Shown here one piece after another: positions 34,620 through 45,265 of a stretch of DNA of 64,000 nucleotides. The stretch covers positions 112,241-176,240 of the forward strand of contig JAKQDR010000172.1 of NCBI GenBank assembly GCA_029573715.1, read 5' to 3'. Position numbers and translations under genes: made by a program. The stretch is from a bacterium. Its GTDB lineage: Bacteria; Patescibacteriota; Microgenomatia; UBA1406; GWC2-37-13. Under the pieces are notes generated by a model. That model ran no database searches. It had not been told where the DNA came from and saw only the letters and a list, made by a program, of their open reading frames with translations. Position 1 is the first letter of the stretch, and each line of letters opens with the position of its first letter.

Positions 34620-36437
34620 TTATTTCGCCAGCACTCCCACAATAAGCGCATCGGGGCCAATATGAATGCCTGCCACCGGCGAGAGGAGTGAATCTTGGAT
34701 AAGAGAAAATGATGTGCCTCCTAAGTATTTGGTGAGTTGTTTCAGTTCTTCGGGATTGTCAGCATGATGCACTATCACATCATATTTTTTACCATCTCCA
34801 TAGGTATCTTTAATATATCGAAATGCCATTTCAGCAAGTGATTCTCTTCGCTTCACAAAACCACGCACCCCAAGTTTTCCATTTTTAACCCCCACTACCG
34901 GCTGTATACCGAGCGCAAGTAGCATGGTGAGTGCGCGCGCCTTGCGCGTGCCAAGCCTCCCCCCCTTAGCAAGCCAATAGGCGTCGCTTCCAAATCCAAA
35001 CACGTCAACACACTCTGCTATCTTTTGAAGTGAGTTTACAAGTTCAGATATTGAACATCTATTTTGGACGCATGCAACTGCCTGATGTACCAAGAGTGCG
35101 TGGCCAGCCAGAGCCTGCTGCAGATCGGGCACAAACACACGATTTTTATGGGCTTGGGAAAGCTGCTCTCGTGCTTGTAGTGCGCTATTAAATGTGCCTG
35201 AAACACGTGATGATGTTGTCAAGCACACCACGTGTTCATACTTTTGCAGATGATCTTTAAATGTTTTGAGAAACGTGTAAATTGAGGGTTGAGATGTTTT
35301 GGGAGCGGGCAGAGTCCCCATCGATTTTCGGACTTGTCGCATTTGTTCATACAGGTGCAAATGTGCCAGCCTTTTATGTTTCCTGATGTGTTCCCATTCA
35401 TATTGAAAAGGTACAACGGCAACATCGTGTTCTATCGCGTATGACAAGGGGATTGATGCGCCTTCATCAGTAATTATCCCGATGGAACCCTCATTTTTTG
35501 CACCCTCTCCCTCATTCATGTCAACGGTCTTGATATGCAAAATAGTGCCGAAATCGCTGAGCATAGTATGGATGATGTGAGGATGATCGGTGTGGATATG
35601 TATTTTCATTTTGTCATGAACACTCACAATGTCGATGGAATCGCCATGGTCAATGAGGCGGGACATAACAGTTGATTGGTCAATGCGTATATCGCCCACG
35701 ATGCCCACCACCTCAAACTGTCTCGAGGTAATTTCGATAAGTGGTTTTTTGTGTGTATATGTTGATTCAGTCAACTCTTGTGTGGCGATACTTTGATTTT
35801 GAATTCCATAGAGAAATCCTTGCAGCATATATACAAATCCCAAACCTCCCGCATCCACCACTCTCGCTTTTTTGTATACGGCCATATGTTTTTGCGTTTG
35901 CTCAAGGGCTTGCTCAGACACCGTAATGATTTGTTCGAGTATGGGCACAAAAGAGGTGTTGGTTTGACTTGAGTGCAGATGATGGGTAACCGCTTGCATC
36001 ACATCCAATATGGTGCCCCTTTTTGGTTCTTGTACAGATTGAAATGCCCTATCTGTGCCCAAGGCGAATGCTTGTATGAATGTTGATGTATTAATGTGTT
36101 CATCAGAGAAAAGATGCAACAATCCCCCCAAGAAACTTGTTGTTATGATGCCGGCATTGCCCGCCGCCGCGGTAAGCGCACCCTCAAGCGCTTCATGGGT
36201 TAGATCAGACATGGTTGCAAACGTTCTCGTATTGAGCGCATCGTACACCCCCCGCAGTGTTCGTGTAAGATTGCTCCCGGTGTCTTGGTCGGGGACAGGA
36301 AACATGTTTATGCTGTTGACTGCCTCCTTATGTGAAGCGACATTGATATATCCACCGATAAGCATGCGTTTCACGTCTTCGGGTGTAAGTGTGTTCATTA
36401 TGAATAGATAAGAACATAAATTCCTTACTTTGTGCAC
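34620..36437 (-). CDS. DAK2 (DhaL) domain protein with DegV-like C-terminal half (YloV-like)
   Basis: It has NSINMFPVPDQDTGSNLTRT (the DAK2 signature VPDGDTG-like) and a C-terminal IGIITDEGASIP DegV-like segment. The real start is probably the internal MNTLTPEDV. Confidence 0.75.
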   Translation of the reverse strand: MHKVRNLCSYLFIMNTLTPEDVKRMLIGGYINVASHKEAVNSINMFPVPDQDTGSNLTRTLRGVYDALNTRTFATMSDLTHEALEGALTAAAGNAGIITTSFLGGLLHLFSDEHINTSTFIQAFALGTDRAFQSVQEPKRGTILDVMQAVTHHLHSSQTNTSFVPILEQIITVSEQALEQTQKHMAVYKKARVVDAGGLGFVYMLQGFLYGIQNQSIATQELTESTYTHKKPLIEITSRQFEVVGIVGDIRIDQSTVMSRLIDHGDSIDIVSVHDKMKIHIHTDHPHIIHTMLSDFGTILHIKTVDMNEGEGAKNEGSIGIITDEGASIPLSYAIEHDVAVVPFQYEWEHIRKHKRLAHLHLYEQMRQVRKSMGTLPAPKTSQPSIYTFLKTFKDHLQKYEHVVCLTTSSRVSGTFNSALQAREQLSQAHKNRVFVPDLQQALAGHALLVHQAVACVQNRCSISELVNSLQKIAECVDVFGFGSDAYWLAKGGRLGTRKARALTMLLALGIQPVVGVKNGKLGVRGFVKRRESLAEMAFRYIKDTYGDGKKYDVIVHHADNPEELKQLTKYLGGTSFSLIQDSLLSPVAGIHIGPDALIVGVLAK

Positions 36438-36482
36438 ACGTACCGCATACGTGCATAAAGTAAGGACAAAAGGTATCCCGCG

Positions 36483-37070
36483 CTAGATGGCCAGTTTCTT
36501 TTCATTGCCCGTGCGCAGTCGAGCAATATTTTCTCGATGAGCCCACCATATGATAAGAGCAACAAATGCACTGGCGATCGTATATGCAAGCGACTGGGTC
36601 GTGGCATATACATAGACGGGAAGAAGTGCAAAAAGCACCAAATTAACCAAGCTCATTATCTTAATGATTTTTAATGCTACTATCCATATGGCAATGCTCA
36701 CCACTGCAAACAGTACACCAAGTACATACATCAGTCCTCCAAATGCGACACTCACTCCTTTTCCTCCCTTGAAATTAAGCCACACGGGATAGATATGTCC
36801 CACAATGGGGGCAAGCAATAAAAACCACTGTAAAGTCGTTTGTGTGGGAGTTAATGTGTCGAGTAGGAATATGAACACCAGACCTTTAGCTAAATCAAGC
36901 ATGCCGGAAAGCGCGGCCCAGCGTATACCGAGGGCCCGATATACGTTGGTGCCCCCCGTGCTCCCACTTCCAACAGTGCGCAAGTCAACGCCGTGCATTA
37001 TTCCTGCAATATATCCAAACGGAATGCTCCCGATTAAATATCCGACAATTGCAAGGACCATGATTTCCAT
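36483..37070 (-). CDS. plsY: glycerol-3-phosphate acyltransferase PlsY
   Basis: It has GSIPFGYIAG and VGSGSTGGTNVYRALG motifs and is a 195-aa membrane protein. Confidence 0.9.
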   Translation of the reverse strand: MEIMVLAIVGYLIGSIPFGYIAGIMHGVDLRTVGSGSTGGTNVYRALGIRWAALSGMLDLAKGLVFIFLLDTLTPTQTTLQWFLLLAPIVGHIYPVWLNFKGGKGVSVAFGGLMYVLGVLFAVVSIAIWIVALKIIKIMSLVNLVLFALLPVYVYATTQSLAYTIASAFVALIIWWAHRENIARLRTGNEKKLAI

Positions 37071-37078
37071 AAGGTGGG

Positions 37079-37987
37079 TTAGCCGGTGTGTAAAAAGCGA
37101 ATAAATAGCTCTTTAACTTTCTCCGGATTCTTGGTTTGTATCATATCATAGACCAGCTGTGCGAGTGGCAATTTCACTCCGTAGTGCAAGGCAATCTTGG
37201 GGACTGAAAGCGCAGTATTATATCCTTCAACAGTCGAGGCAATGCGATTGAGCGCATCCTGCACGCAGTAGGTGGCGAGTGCTTTTCCAAAGCGATAATT
37301 TCTACTTTCTTCACTGTAAGTGGTAAGCACCAAATCACCTACGGTGCCGGCCAGTGATGTGCGTTGTATGGCAAGATGTGATATGCGCATCATCTCATAC
37401 AACTCTTCAAGAGCGAGGATGAGCAGCTTTGCCTGCGTATTTGCCCGCATACCCATTCCGTGTGCCAGTCCGGCGGCGATTGCATAGACGTTTTTGAAAG
37501 CAGCAAAAAGTTCAATTACTGCAACATCAGGAGTAAGTCGCACATGAAACGCACTGGTTTTAAATAAGGCCTGCACCGAATGTGCATAAGTGTCATCATG
37601 ATATCCGATGTTTACCATGGTGGGTGTTTGTGTGGCGACTTCTGCCGCAAAGCTGGGGCCAATGAGTGTGAAATAGTGGGCATGGGGGGCAAATTTTTGC
37701 ACCATTTGATACGGAAGCAGTATTGTCTTTTGCTCGATACCTTTTGATGTATTTATGATGATGGCATGTGGGTTGAGTGTCGGGTTGGAAAGCACCTGGG
37801 ATAATGATGCGGTAGGAACGGTAAGCAATACAATATCAAATTGGTCCAGTGACGAAACCCTATCCCACATAATCACATGTTGATGATTGTTGCGCACCAC
37901 TGTATGAAGTGCCTTTCCCCATGCGCCATCCCCGATAATTACCATAGGGCGGTTGGGGATATTTTTTTTGTGAGTTTGAGTGCTCAT
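37079..37987 (-). CDS. gpsA: NAD(P)H-dependent glycerol-3-phosphate dehydrogenase
   Basis: It has IIGDGAWGKAL (Rossmann), NTSKGIE and GDLVLTTYSEESRNYRFG motifs. Confidence 0.9.
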   Translation of the reverse strand: MSTQTHKKNIPNRPMVIIGDGAWGKALHTVVRNNHQHVIMWDRVSSLDQFDIVLLTVPTASLSQVLSNPTLNPHAIIINTSKGIEQKTILLPYQMVQKFAPHAHYFTLIGPSFAAEVATQTPTMVNIGYHDDTYAHSVQALFKTSAFHVRLTPDVAVIELFAAFKNVYAIAAGLAHGMGMRANTQAKLLILALEELYEMMRISHLAIQRTSLAGTVGDLVLTTYSEESRNYRFGKALATYCVQDALNRIASTVEGYNTALSVPKIALHYGVKLPLAQLVYDMIQTKNPEKVKELFIRFLHTG

Positions 37988-38769
37988 ATAGTGAAAAGAT
38001 TTAGAAGCTTTTGGATATATTGTTTATCTTCTGAACTACACTGAACCTCAAAAGACAGCTCGGCTGGCTGTATTAATGCTTGGCTTATCTCAGTATGACG
38101 GGAGAGATATGCTGAAAGTGTATCAGCAATTATGCTCGATTGATGGATGAGCTTTGCGAGTGGTCGCTCTTGCTGCAACAACTGTGCAGCCCATGCATAG
38201 TGCGTACATGCAGTGTAAACGTATATGGGTTTATCATAAGGTATTGGTTGAGTATAGAGTTTGCAATAGTGACTGACCTGCGCGTCTGACAGGTAATTTT
38301 CGCTTTTCTCAATAACTTCTGCGAGTTTAGGACAAGCAATCTCAAAAAAATGTGCAACTTGGTTTATTTTTGCAAGCTCTTTATCATATGCACGCGAGGC
38401 AACGGTGATGGGGGTTGCGAGTATATATACCTCATGTTCGTGCGCGTGCATTGCTATATCTTCTGCGGTCGGACGTATTATGCCTAATACTTTTTTACCT
38501 GGAAAGTGAGCAGGAAGCCATTCTTGTTGAATGCGCGGAAGCACGGTGCTTGCTGAATTACAGGCGAGAATTACCAGTGTACATGAATGTTCAAACATGC
38601 GTGTTAGTGCGTGAGTGGTAAGCGCAAACACCTCATCGGGCGATCGTTCTCCATACGGCATGTGTGCGTCATCAGCAAAGTAGAGATAGGAAAATGAAGG
38701 ATTATTCCTAATGAATGTTTTTGCAACAGATACACCACCGATTCCAGAGTCAAAAAATCCGATACGCAT
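37984..38769 (-). CDS. murI: glutamate racemase
   Basis: It has FFDSGIGGVSV, ILACNSAST and ACTHYAW motifs. Confidence 0.9.
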   Translation of the reverse strand: MRIGFFDSGIGGVSVAKTFIRNNPSFSYLYFADDAHMPYGERSPDEVFALTTHALTRMFEHSCTLVILACNSASTVLPRIQQEWLPAHFPGKKVLGIIRPTAEDIAMHAHEHEVYILATPITVASRAYDKELAKINQVAHFFEIACPKLAEVIEKSENYLSDAQVSHYCKLYTQPIPYDKPIYVYTACTHYAWAAQLLQQERPLAKLIHQSSIIADTLSAYLSRHTEISQALIQPAELSFEVQCSSEDKQYIQKLLNLFTI

Positions 38770-38771
38770 GG

Positions 38772-39524
38772 TTAAGGTATGGTCACGAAATGCTCAACCA
38801 CCCAGGCGAGCCCATCATCTTCAAATGAAGGAGCGATATGTTGTGCCAGCTCTTTAAGCCTGCTGGTTGAGCTTCCCATGGCAACTTTGATACCGCAAAA
38901 GTTTAGCAGGGTAATGTCTGCTGCCGCATCTCCAACCCCAATGCATTGCTTTGGGTCGAGCTTTAATAATTTCGCTATAGTTTGCAATGCCATAAATTTG
39001 GTTGCATGGATATGCTTGATGTTGATAAGCGACATGCCTTTAGTTGCAGAAGGCAACACCTCAACATTGAGTAGGGGTATCTTTTTAATGAGCTTTACCG
39101 CACTTTGCGCCTCTTTGTCGGCGACTTGAAGTACCACAATTGGTTCCACCGATTTAACCTTATATGATTTGGGGGATACGAATTTATTGTGATCATAGTC
39201 GTAGACTTTTGCCTTAATTTCTTTTGCGATTTCAATAAGCTTTGCAGGGACGCCCGGATCAAGATCTTGCTCCCATATTACTTTATTATTGGTAGGGTCA
39301 ACCACCTGAGAACCGCCGAGTGTGACACAAGGGCTGGTAATGTTCATTAGTTTTGCGTAGTCTTTTGCCGTTTTCCAGCTTCGATTTGTGGCGAATATGA
39401 CAAATGCGTGCTCATGAGCTTGTGTAAGGGCAGCAAGCACTTTTTTTGATGGTTTTGATTTGGGTTTTTTCGGCAATGCAGTGCCGTCCAATTCAAAAAT
39501 GAGGGCTTTGTTTATGGTATTCAT
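38772..39524 (-). CDS. HAD-superfamily (Cof-like) hydrolase
   Basis: It has the FELDGT motif I and the GVGDAAADI motif IV. Confidence 0.7.
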   Translation of the reverse strand: MNTINKALIFELDGTALPKKPKSKPSKKVLAALTQAHEHAFVIFATNRSWKTAKDYAKLMNITSPCVTLGGSQVVDPTNNKVIWEQDLDPGVPAKLIEIAKEIKAKVYDYDHNKFVSPKSYKVKSVEPIVVLQVADKEAQSAVKLIKKIPLLNVEVLPSATKGMSLINIKHIHATKFMALQTIAKLLKLDPKQCIGVGDAAADITLLNFCGIKVAMGSSTSRLKELAQHIAPSFEDDGLAWVVEHFVTIP

Positions 39525-41164
39525 ACGATTTCCTCCTTTTTATTGCGGGTGAAGCTTATCCATTCCTCGACAACTTCAATGATTAATTTATAGGGCGCCT
39601 CAATTAGTATGTCGAACAAAAATGTAAAGAAGTTGAGTTTGGCAAGTTCACTCGAGAAAAATTTCCCCATTGCAAGCATGGGCATAAAGAAAAAGTCGGC
39701 AAATGGGGTGAAGAATGAATCTTTTTCGATCAGTTTATATTCGTTAGTCACTTGTTTAATGCGATGTGCGAAGAAAGCGATCGTTGATACGAAGAATAAG
39801 AATATTGCTTGACTAATAATGTTAAACTTGAGTGCTGAAAGTACCAACCACATGAGGTAGAGGGTGACAATAAATGTTGCAACATAGAAAAATGAAAAAC
39901 CAATCTGGAGTGCCGGTCGGCGCGGTTTAACTTTCTGTGCGAGCATTGCAACTTTGTTTTCAAAGCTGGGGTCGGTGTCAAGAATGTCGATGATACGGGT
40001 ATAAATCCGATTAGTGTTTTCTTCATCAGGAATGCGGTTAAACAGGATGATTACGAGCATGAACAAAGGAGGAAAGAGTGAGTTTATGATGATAGATATC
40101 CACTCTACTTCTCCAAAAAAATACTGAGAAAGAGGTCCCTCCAATATGATCGCGAAAAGCATTTTTGTGATAAACACATAAATAAGCGATCGAACGGCAA
40201 GCGCACGCAGTCGTTTTTGTACAGCGGCGTACTTTTGTCTGCACAGCAAATCGACTTCGGACCATAATTTTGCTTTATCAGATAGTATTGCTTTCAGATC
40301 TGCCCCCTCATGGTTTTTAATGATGTCAAACAAAATGAGAAAGGGCGGGAGTTGTTTTTTCACAAATTTTTTAATCTTGTCGACCAAGGGGTTTTTCAGC
40401 GTATCGTCAATCTTTTCAAAAATCTTTGGGAATTTAGGCGCAAGCTCTTTCAGCTCCTGGGGTGTGTATTGCGCTATAGGTTTATAAAACACATTGAAAA
40501 GATGAAAGCGCTGATACGCGATGTCTGATTTACGATATGATTTTTCAATAGTAGTAAGCAGAAGTGCATTTTGAACATCGATACTCAAATCGGCAACTTT
40601 CACTTTATTTTTCAGGAGTTGAAAAATAAAGTAGGTGAATATATTTTCGCGTTGTGCGACGTCGGGGCTGAGGTATTCTTCTATCTCGCATGTCAGTAAG
40701 TCATAAAGAAATTCATCAAGAAAATTTGCAGTATCCTTTGGTCTACCTGTGGTGAGTGAGGCTTTCAGGCCTACATATATATCGATAATTTTTTGAATCT
40801 CGTTTGAATCGACGTCTGAAAAAGAGTCCGCGGGAAAATAGCGAGCCCATAGGAGTTCGCGAATAATGTGCGCACCTTCTCCAGTGCCTAGTGGGTTCAT
40901 AGAAAGTCGACGCTTGGCAATGCGCTCTATTGCAGCTCGACGCATGAGGTGCTCCTCTCGAAACTCTATGGTGTTTCGGACTTTTTCATACGCAATCGCA
41001 AAGAAGCTTACCGCTCGCGATACGGTTATTTTGGTATATTCGTCCGGCTTTTTCTTGGGTGCAATCGACTTGGTAGCTTGCAGAAGAGCTTGAGTAACCT
41101 GAGAAAGCTCTATAGCACCCTGAGGCCCATTTGTATCGTCAGTCATGCGTGTATTATACCCCAT
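39521..41164 (-). CDS. conserved-looking hypothetical multi-pass membrane protein (547 aa)
   Basis: The N-terminal half is soluble and the C-terminal half has several TM segments. The gene overlaps its downstream neighbour by 4 nt. Confidence 0.6.
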   Translation of the reverse strand: MGYNTRMTDDTNGPQGAIELSQVTQALLQATKSIAPKKKPDEYTKITVSRAVSFFAIAYEKVRNTIEFREEHLMRRAAIERIAKRRLSMNPLGTGEGAHIIRELLWARYFPADSFSDVDSNEIQKIIDIYVGLKASLTTGRPKDTANFLDEFLYDLLTCEIEEYLSPDVAQRENIFTYFIFQLLKNKVKVADLSIDVQNALLLTTIEKSYRKSDIAYQRFHLFNVFYKPIAQYTPQELKELAPKFPKIFEKIDDTLKNPLVDKIKKFVKKQLPPFLILFDIIKNHEGADLKAILSDKAKLWSEVDLLCRQKYAAVQKRLRALAVRSLIYVFITKMLFAIILEGPLSQYFFGEVEWISIIINSLFPPLFMLVIILFNRIPDEENTNRIYTRIIDILDTDPSFENKVAMLAQKVKPRRPALQIGFSFFYVATFIVTLYLMWLVLSALKFNIISQAIFLFFVSTIAFFAHRIKQVTNEYKLIEKDSFFTPFADFFFMPMLAMGKFFSSELAKLNFFTFLFDILIEAPYKLIIEVVEEWISFTRNKKEEIV

Positions 41165-41307
41165 CTTAGCCCCCCGACTAACCCGAACTGATTACGAGGT
41201 TTAACTACTTATATATCAAATAGTAACAAAATGTATCATTTTACTATCCAATTTACTGAGTTTTTGACATATGAAAAGAAAGTGTGATACTCTAAGATCG
41301 TATTTGT

Positions 41308-41865
41308 ATGAAAAATGCCATTATTCTTCACGGCATAAGCTCCAAGCCAACTGATTTTTGGTTCCCTTATGTGGGCGAACAACTTCGATCACGGGGATAC
41401 AATGTGTGGACGCCCAATCTGCCCCAACCCGATGCGCCAGACATAGACGTTGTCGTCCCTTTTCTTCTTCAAAATGGCACGTTCACCTCTGAAACCGTTG
41501 TCATTGGGCATTCATCAGGTGCATCACTCATCTTGGCACTATTGGAAAAACTCTCTTCCTCTGTCGATTGCGCACTACTCGTTGCAGGATTTGTAGAGCG
41601 CGGGGGTACTCGTCCAAAAGAAGCAGTGAAACCAACGGTTGATTCTTACGCGTGGGACAAGATACGTGGTAACGCTCATAGAATTTTCATCATCAATTCA
41701 GTGAATGACCCGTGGGGGTGTGATGAAACGCAAGGACGCATTATGTTTGATCGGCTCGGAGGGACTATGATTACCAATCATGATGGTCACATGGGATCTC
41801 AATACTACAGCCAACCTTATCGTGAATTTCCTCTTCTTCTTAGTTTAGTTGATACAGTGGCCTAA
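41308..41865 (+). CDS. alpha/beta serine hydrolase, YdeN/RBBP9-like
   Basis: 185 aa, with the nucleophile elbow GHSSGA. Confidence 0.6.
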   Translation: MKNAIILHGISSKPTDFWFPYVGEQLRSRGYNVWTPNLPQPDAPDIDVVVPFLLQNGTFTSETVVIGHSSGASLILALLEKLSSSVDCALLVAGFVERGGTRPKEAVKPTVDSYAWDKIRGNAHRIFIINSVNDPWGCDETQGRIMFDRLGGTMITNHDGHMGSQYYSQPYREFPLLLSLVDTVA

Positions 41866-42626
41866 ACGCTCAAGAATTCTTCAATCTCTTGTGCGAGATT
41901 GGGATGAGCACAAATGTAGAGATCGTAACCATTGAGCAGATGATGTCGTACGACGGCTCCGGCTTCCTCATGTAAAAGGAATCGAGGAGCGATATCATAG
42001 AGGTGGTTTGGTCCATTGTAGTAACGTATGTACGCTTGAATGGTGTTTGTCAGAAGGTATGGGGCAAGTAATGTTGAAACCATCATGAGCCGATTCACAC
42101 CCGATGCAATTTTTTGAGCAAATGCAATGTGGGGGCCATTGGCAGGAAGTTTTCCTATCTCAAGCCCCACCAGGCTTTGAGCGAGTGGGCCATCATAATG
42201 CACTGTCATTTTTTGACTATTAAGGAATGCCCCCATTCCTTTTCCGGCCCAAAAGAGTTGCTTAGAAACAGGCGTGTATATTGCGGCGAAAATCACCGCA
42301 TCGGCTTCCATGAGGGCTATTTGAGTGAAATAGACGGGGTAGTGTGTGGAGAAAAACTTGGTGCCATCAATCGGGTCGATGACCCAATTGTACTGCGCGC
42401 TTTTTATCGTTTCTCCTTCTTCAACGATAAATCCCGCACCAGGCAAAATTGCAGAGAGTTTTTGGCGGAGCATCACTTCTGCCTGGACATCTATGTCTGT
42501 CTGAGGATTTTTTACCCCCTTCATTTTGAGCTCTCCAATATGATCTTGAGATTTTGCGACATAATCTCCCACCGCTACAACGGCGCTCAATGCAGCGTCT
42601 TTGACTAAATCAAGTTGAAATGCCAT
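41862..42626 (-). CDS. inositol monophosphatase family protein (second paralog)
   Basis: It has the WVIDPIDGTKFF motif. Confidence 0.75.
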   Translation of the reverse strand: MAFQLDLVKDAALSAVVAVGDYVAKSQDHIGELKMKGVKNPQTDIDVQAEVMLRQKLSAILPGAGFIVEEGETIKSAQYNWVIDPIDGTKFFSTHYPVYFTQIALMEADAVIFAAIYTPVSKQLFWAGKGMGAFLNSQKMTVHYDGPLAQSLVGLEIGKLPANGPHIAFAQKIASGVNRLMMVSTLLAPYLLTNTIQAYIRYYNGPNHLYDIAPRFLLHEEAGAVVRHHLLNGYDLYICAHPNLAQEIEEFLSV

Positions 42627-42631
42627 GATAA

Positions 42632-44125
42632 TTATAAGAATCCAAGTTTTCCGGTCGGCGATGCAACCTCATGACGATTGAGCTTTTCTTCTATCTCAAC
42701 TATCGGGTCAAGCACATCAGCAAACTCATTTTTGATGTGCAAGACTTCATCTGTGGTGAGTCCTTCTATCCGTATAGTCAGATAGGGTGACGTGTTGGAC
42801 GCCCGTACAAGGCCCCATGATTTCTCCGTGAAATTGATGCGAACACCATCAATTGTCGTGCCCGAATATTTCTTGAGTAATAATTCTTTTACCTTGTCTA
42901 CCACTGCAAACTTTACTTCATCCTTGCAGGGGAGCTTAATTTCGGGCGTACGGACACGAGCAGGGATAAATTTCATAACTTCAGAAAATGGCTTATCTTG
43001 TTCTGACAAAATTTTCAAAACCTGCGCTATCGCATAGAAACCATCATCTGATCGGGTATAGTTTTCAACAAAATAAAAGTGTCCCGACACTTCTCCACCA
43101 AGTGCAATGTCAGTGTCTTTGCGCAACATGTCTTTGATTGGTGCATGGCCGGTTCGATGCATAAGCGGCTTCATGCCAAATTCAGGCAACATTTCCTCCA
43201 TAAGCTGTGAACATTTCACATCAAAAAGCACCTGGTGTCCGGGGAGGCGTTTTGCAACATCTCGAGCTAAAAGGAGCAAAATGTCATCGCCACTGATCAT
43301 TTCTCCTTTTTCATTTACAAATCCTGCTCTATCACCGTCTGCATCAAGCGCCACTCCAACATCTGCACCAGTCTCCTTGACTGCCTGTTGCAAGAAGCGC
43401 ATATTCTGGGGTTGCTCAGGATCGGGTACATGGTTGGGAAAATGTGCGTCGGGCTCGAGGAACAATCCCTTCACCACCTGTGCGCCAATTGCTTCAAGAA
43501 AATCTACAATATACATGCCCGGTGTGCCATTTCCGGTATCAACAACCACTTTAAGGGGGCGTTGTAACTTCGTTTGTCCAGCGACGTAATCGCGATATGT
43601 TTCATAGGGGTGCTCGACCAGAGTGAGTGTGCCCGGAGTTTGTGCCACTTCATAATCGTCTTTCACCACCATCTCATATAAGCTTTGCAACTCTTCACCA
43701 TAAATGGGCGTTGAATTAAGCCCCATCATTTTAAACCCATTGTAAAAGTAAATGTTATGACTGCCGGTGATGTTCACTCCTCCATCGTAATTGAGTCGAG
43801 CAGTAAGGTAGTAAATAAAAGGAGTCGGTGTTTTCTCAACTGAGTCAACATGCACACCCGTTGAAAGTACACCTTTAACAAATGCATCTCGCAGATCAGT
43901 GGCGTATGGCCGATATTCATAGCCCACAAGCACTTTTTTCCCTCCCTTTCTGCGGATAATACTCCCAAAAGCTTTCCCAATCGCTTCAGAGATGTTGGGT
44001 GTAATGTTTATGCCGGGGAATTTGCCGTACCATTTTTCATATTCGGCGACGAGCTCCGGCTCAAATTTCACGCCGGCAATTCCTCGGATGTCGTATTCTC
44101 GAAATATTGATTGAGTTACCTGCAT
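42632..44125 (-). CDS. phosphomannomutase/phosphoglucomutase
   Basis: It has the active-site loop VNITGSHN and the metal loop ALDADGDR. Confidence 0.9.
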   Translation of the reverse strand: MQVTQSIFREYDIRGIAGVKFEPELVAEYEKWYGKFPGINITPNISEAIGKAFGSIIRRKGGKKVLVGYEYRPYATDLRDAFVKGVLSTGVHVDSVEKTPTPFIYYLTARLNYDGGVNITGSHNIYFYNGFKMMGLNSTPIYGEELQSLYEMVVKDDYEVAQTPGTLTLVEHPYETYRDYVAGQTKLQRPLKVVVDTGNGTPGMYIVDFLEAIGAQVVKGLFLEPDAHFPNHVPDPEQPQNMRFLQQAVKETGADVGVALDADGDRAGFVNEKGEMISGDDILLLLARDVAKRLPGHQVLFDVKCSQLMEEMLPEFGMKPLMHRTGHAPIKDMLRKDTDIALGGEVSGHFYFVENYTRSDDGFYAIAQVLKILSEQDKPFSEVMKFIPARVRTPEIKLPCKDEVKFAVVDKVKELLLKKYSGTTIDGVRINFTEKSWGLVRASNTSPYLTIRIEGLTTDEVLHIKNEFADVLDPIVEIEEKLNRHEVASPTGKLGFL

Positions 44126-44166
44126 AGGGGAATAAAAAAAACGAATAACGATGAAAGATCATTGTA

Positions 44167-44898
44167 TCATAATGCCATCATGATAAGCACCTCAAGCTGT
44201 GCTTGCAAGCTCAAAGGGGTTTTTCTACCCGTCTTAACGTTTATGTCAATGGAAAGAAGTCGCTCATATAATTTTAACGCTTGTTGTGGGGTGAAATGGG
44301 AGAGGGATATTCGCGCAAGCCGGATTAAAAAGGGATTGTCTTTTGGAGTCAGCCCCGCGGCAAGCTGTGTGATGAGGCGAACGTGTCGAAGGATCATGGC
44401 GAATGTCACTTCAATCGGTTGATGAGCAGATAATGATCGAAGCGCTTTAAGGCACGCGTTCTTGTGACCGGGGATGAGAGTGGGAAGCAGTGTGAATGTC
44501 GAGTGCGGGAGTTTGTATTCCTTAAGAAATGAGAATTTATCTTTATCAATGCCCAAATCATATGCAGACTTATCTTCCCAATCAAGAAGGAGCATGGCCT
44601 GGTCCGCATGCAAGTCGCGCAGTTGCTGTTTAGCCTTCCTCCCATAGATTTTTTTACATGCAGAAACGAGCCCGGTCGTTTCATATACGGACATCTCGCC
44701 AAACAAATTCACGACATCCGCACCAGTAGACTGGACAATGTCGGCGACTGCACTGGCTTCAATTGGAATGACTTCTCTTCCACTCTGGGTGAGCTGAGCT
44801 CGCTTGGATATATACGCAGCTCGGGATGAGGCAGTGTCGTCGCCACAGAAAATATGAAGCATGGAGATATTGTACACATTCCATCCCAGATTGTGCAT
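44167..44898 (-). CDS. possible DNA polymerase III delta subunit (HolA-like)
   Basis: The size and a weak by-eye resemblance (LFGEMSVYE..., helical C-terminal half) support this. The assignment is uncertain. Confidence 0.4.
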   Translation of the reverse strand: MHNLGWNVYNISMLHIFCGDDTASSRAAYISKRAQLTQSGREVIPIEASAVADIVQSTGADVVNLFGEMSVYETTGLVSACKKIYGRKAKQQLRDLHADQAMLLLDWEDKSAYDLGIDKDKFSFLKEYKLPHSTFTLLPTLIPGHKNACLKALRSLSAHQPIEVTFAMILRHVRLITQLAAGLTPKDNPFLIRLARISLSHFTPQQALKLYERLLSIDINVKTGRKTPLSLQAQLEVLIMMAL

Positions 44899-45239
44899 TA
44901 TTCTCGGCCCGACTTTCTATGTGGTATTTTGTGACTATACAAAATTCTGGGACCTGCTTTAAGATCAGCGGTTTTTTGATTTATGGGCAAGCCAAGGGCA
45001 CAGGCTTTTTTTCGTGGCCGGTGGAATATACAGCCAGCGCAATCATACTGAGACTTCGATTTTAACCATCCCTTTTCTTTATATATACAACATACTTTTG
45101 ATGGTAGATTTGCCACCTCTCTTTTGATTGTAGTAATATTAGCCCCAAAACGTTCAACCAAGCTTTCAACCATGACAGGCTGTTTTTTTTTGGCGAACAT
45201 GCTGGACAATATTTCCAAGAAGACGGTGCTGCGTTTCAA
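44898..45239 (-). CDS. hypothetical small protein (113 aa), possible N-terminal HTH plus Cys cluster
   Basis: The ORF abuts the downstream gene by a 1-nt overlap. It contains CC...CAGC...C residues. Confidence 0.45.
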   Translation of the reverse strand: MKRSTVFLEILSSMFAKKKQPVMVESLVERFGANITTIKREVANLPSKVCCIYKEKGWLKSKSQYDCAGCIFHRPRKKACALGLPINQKTADLKAGPRILYSHKIPHRKSGRE

Positions 45240-45265
45240 TTCTAAAGCCCATAATTTTATGGAAC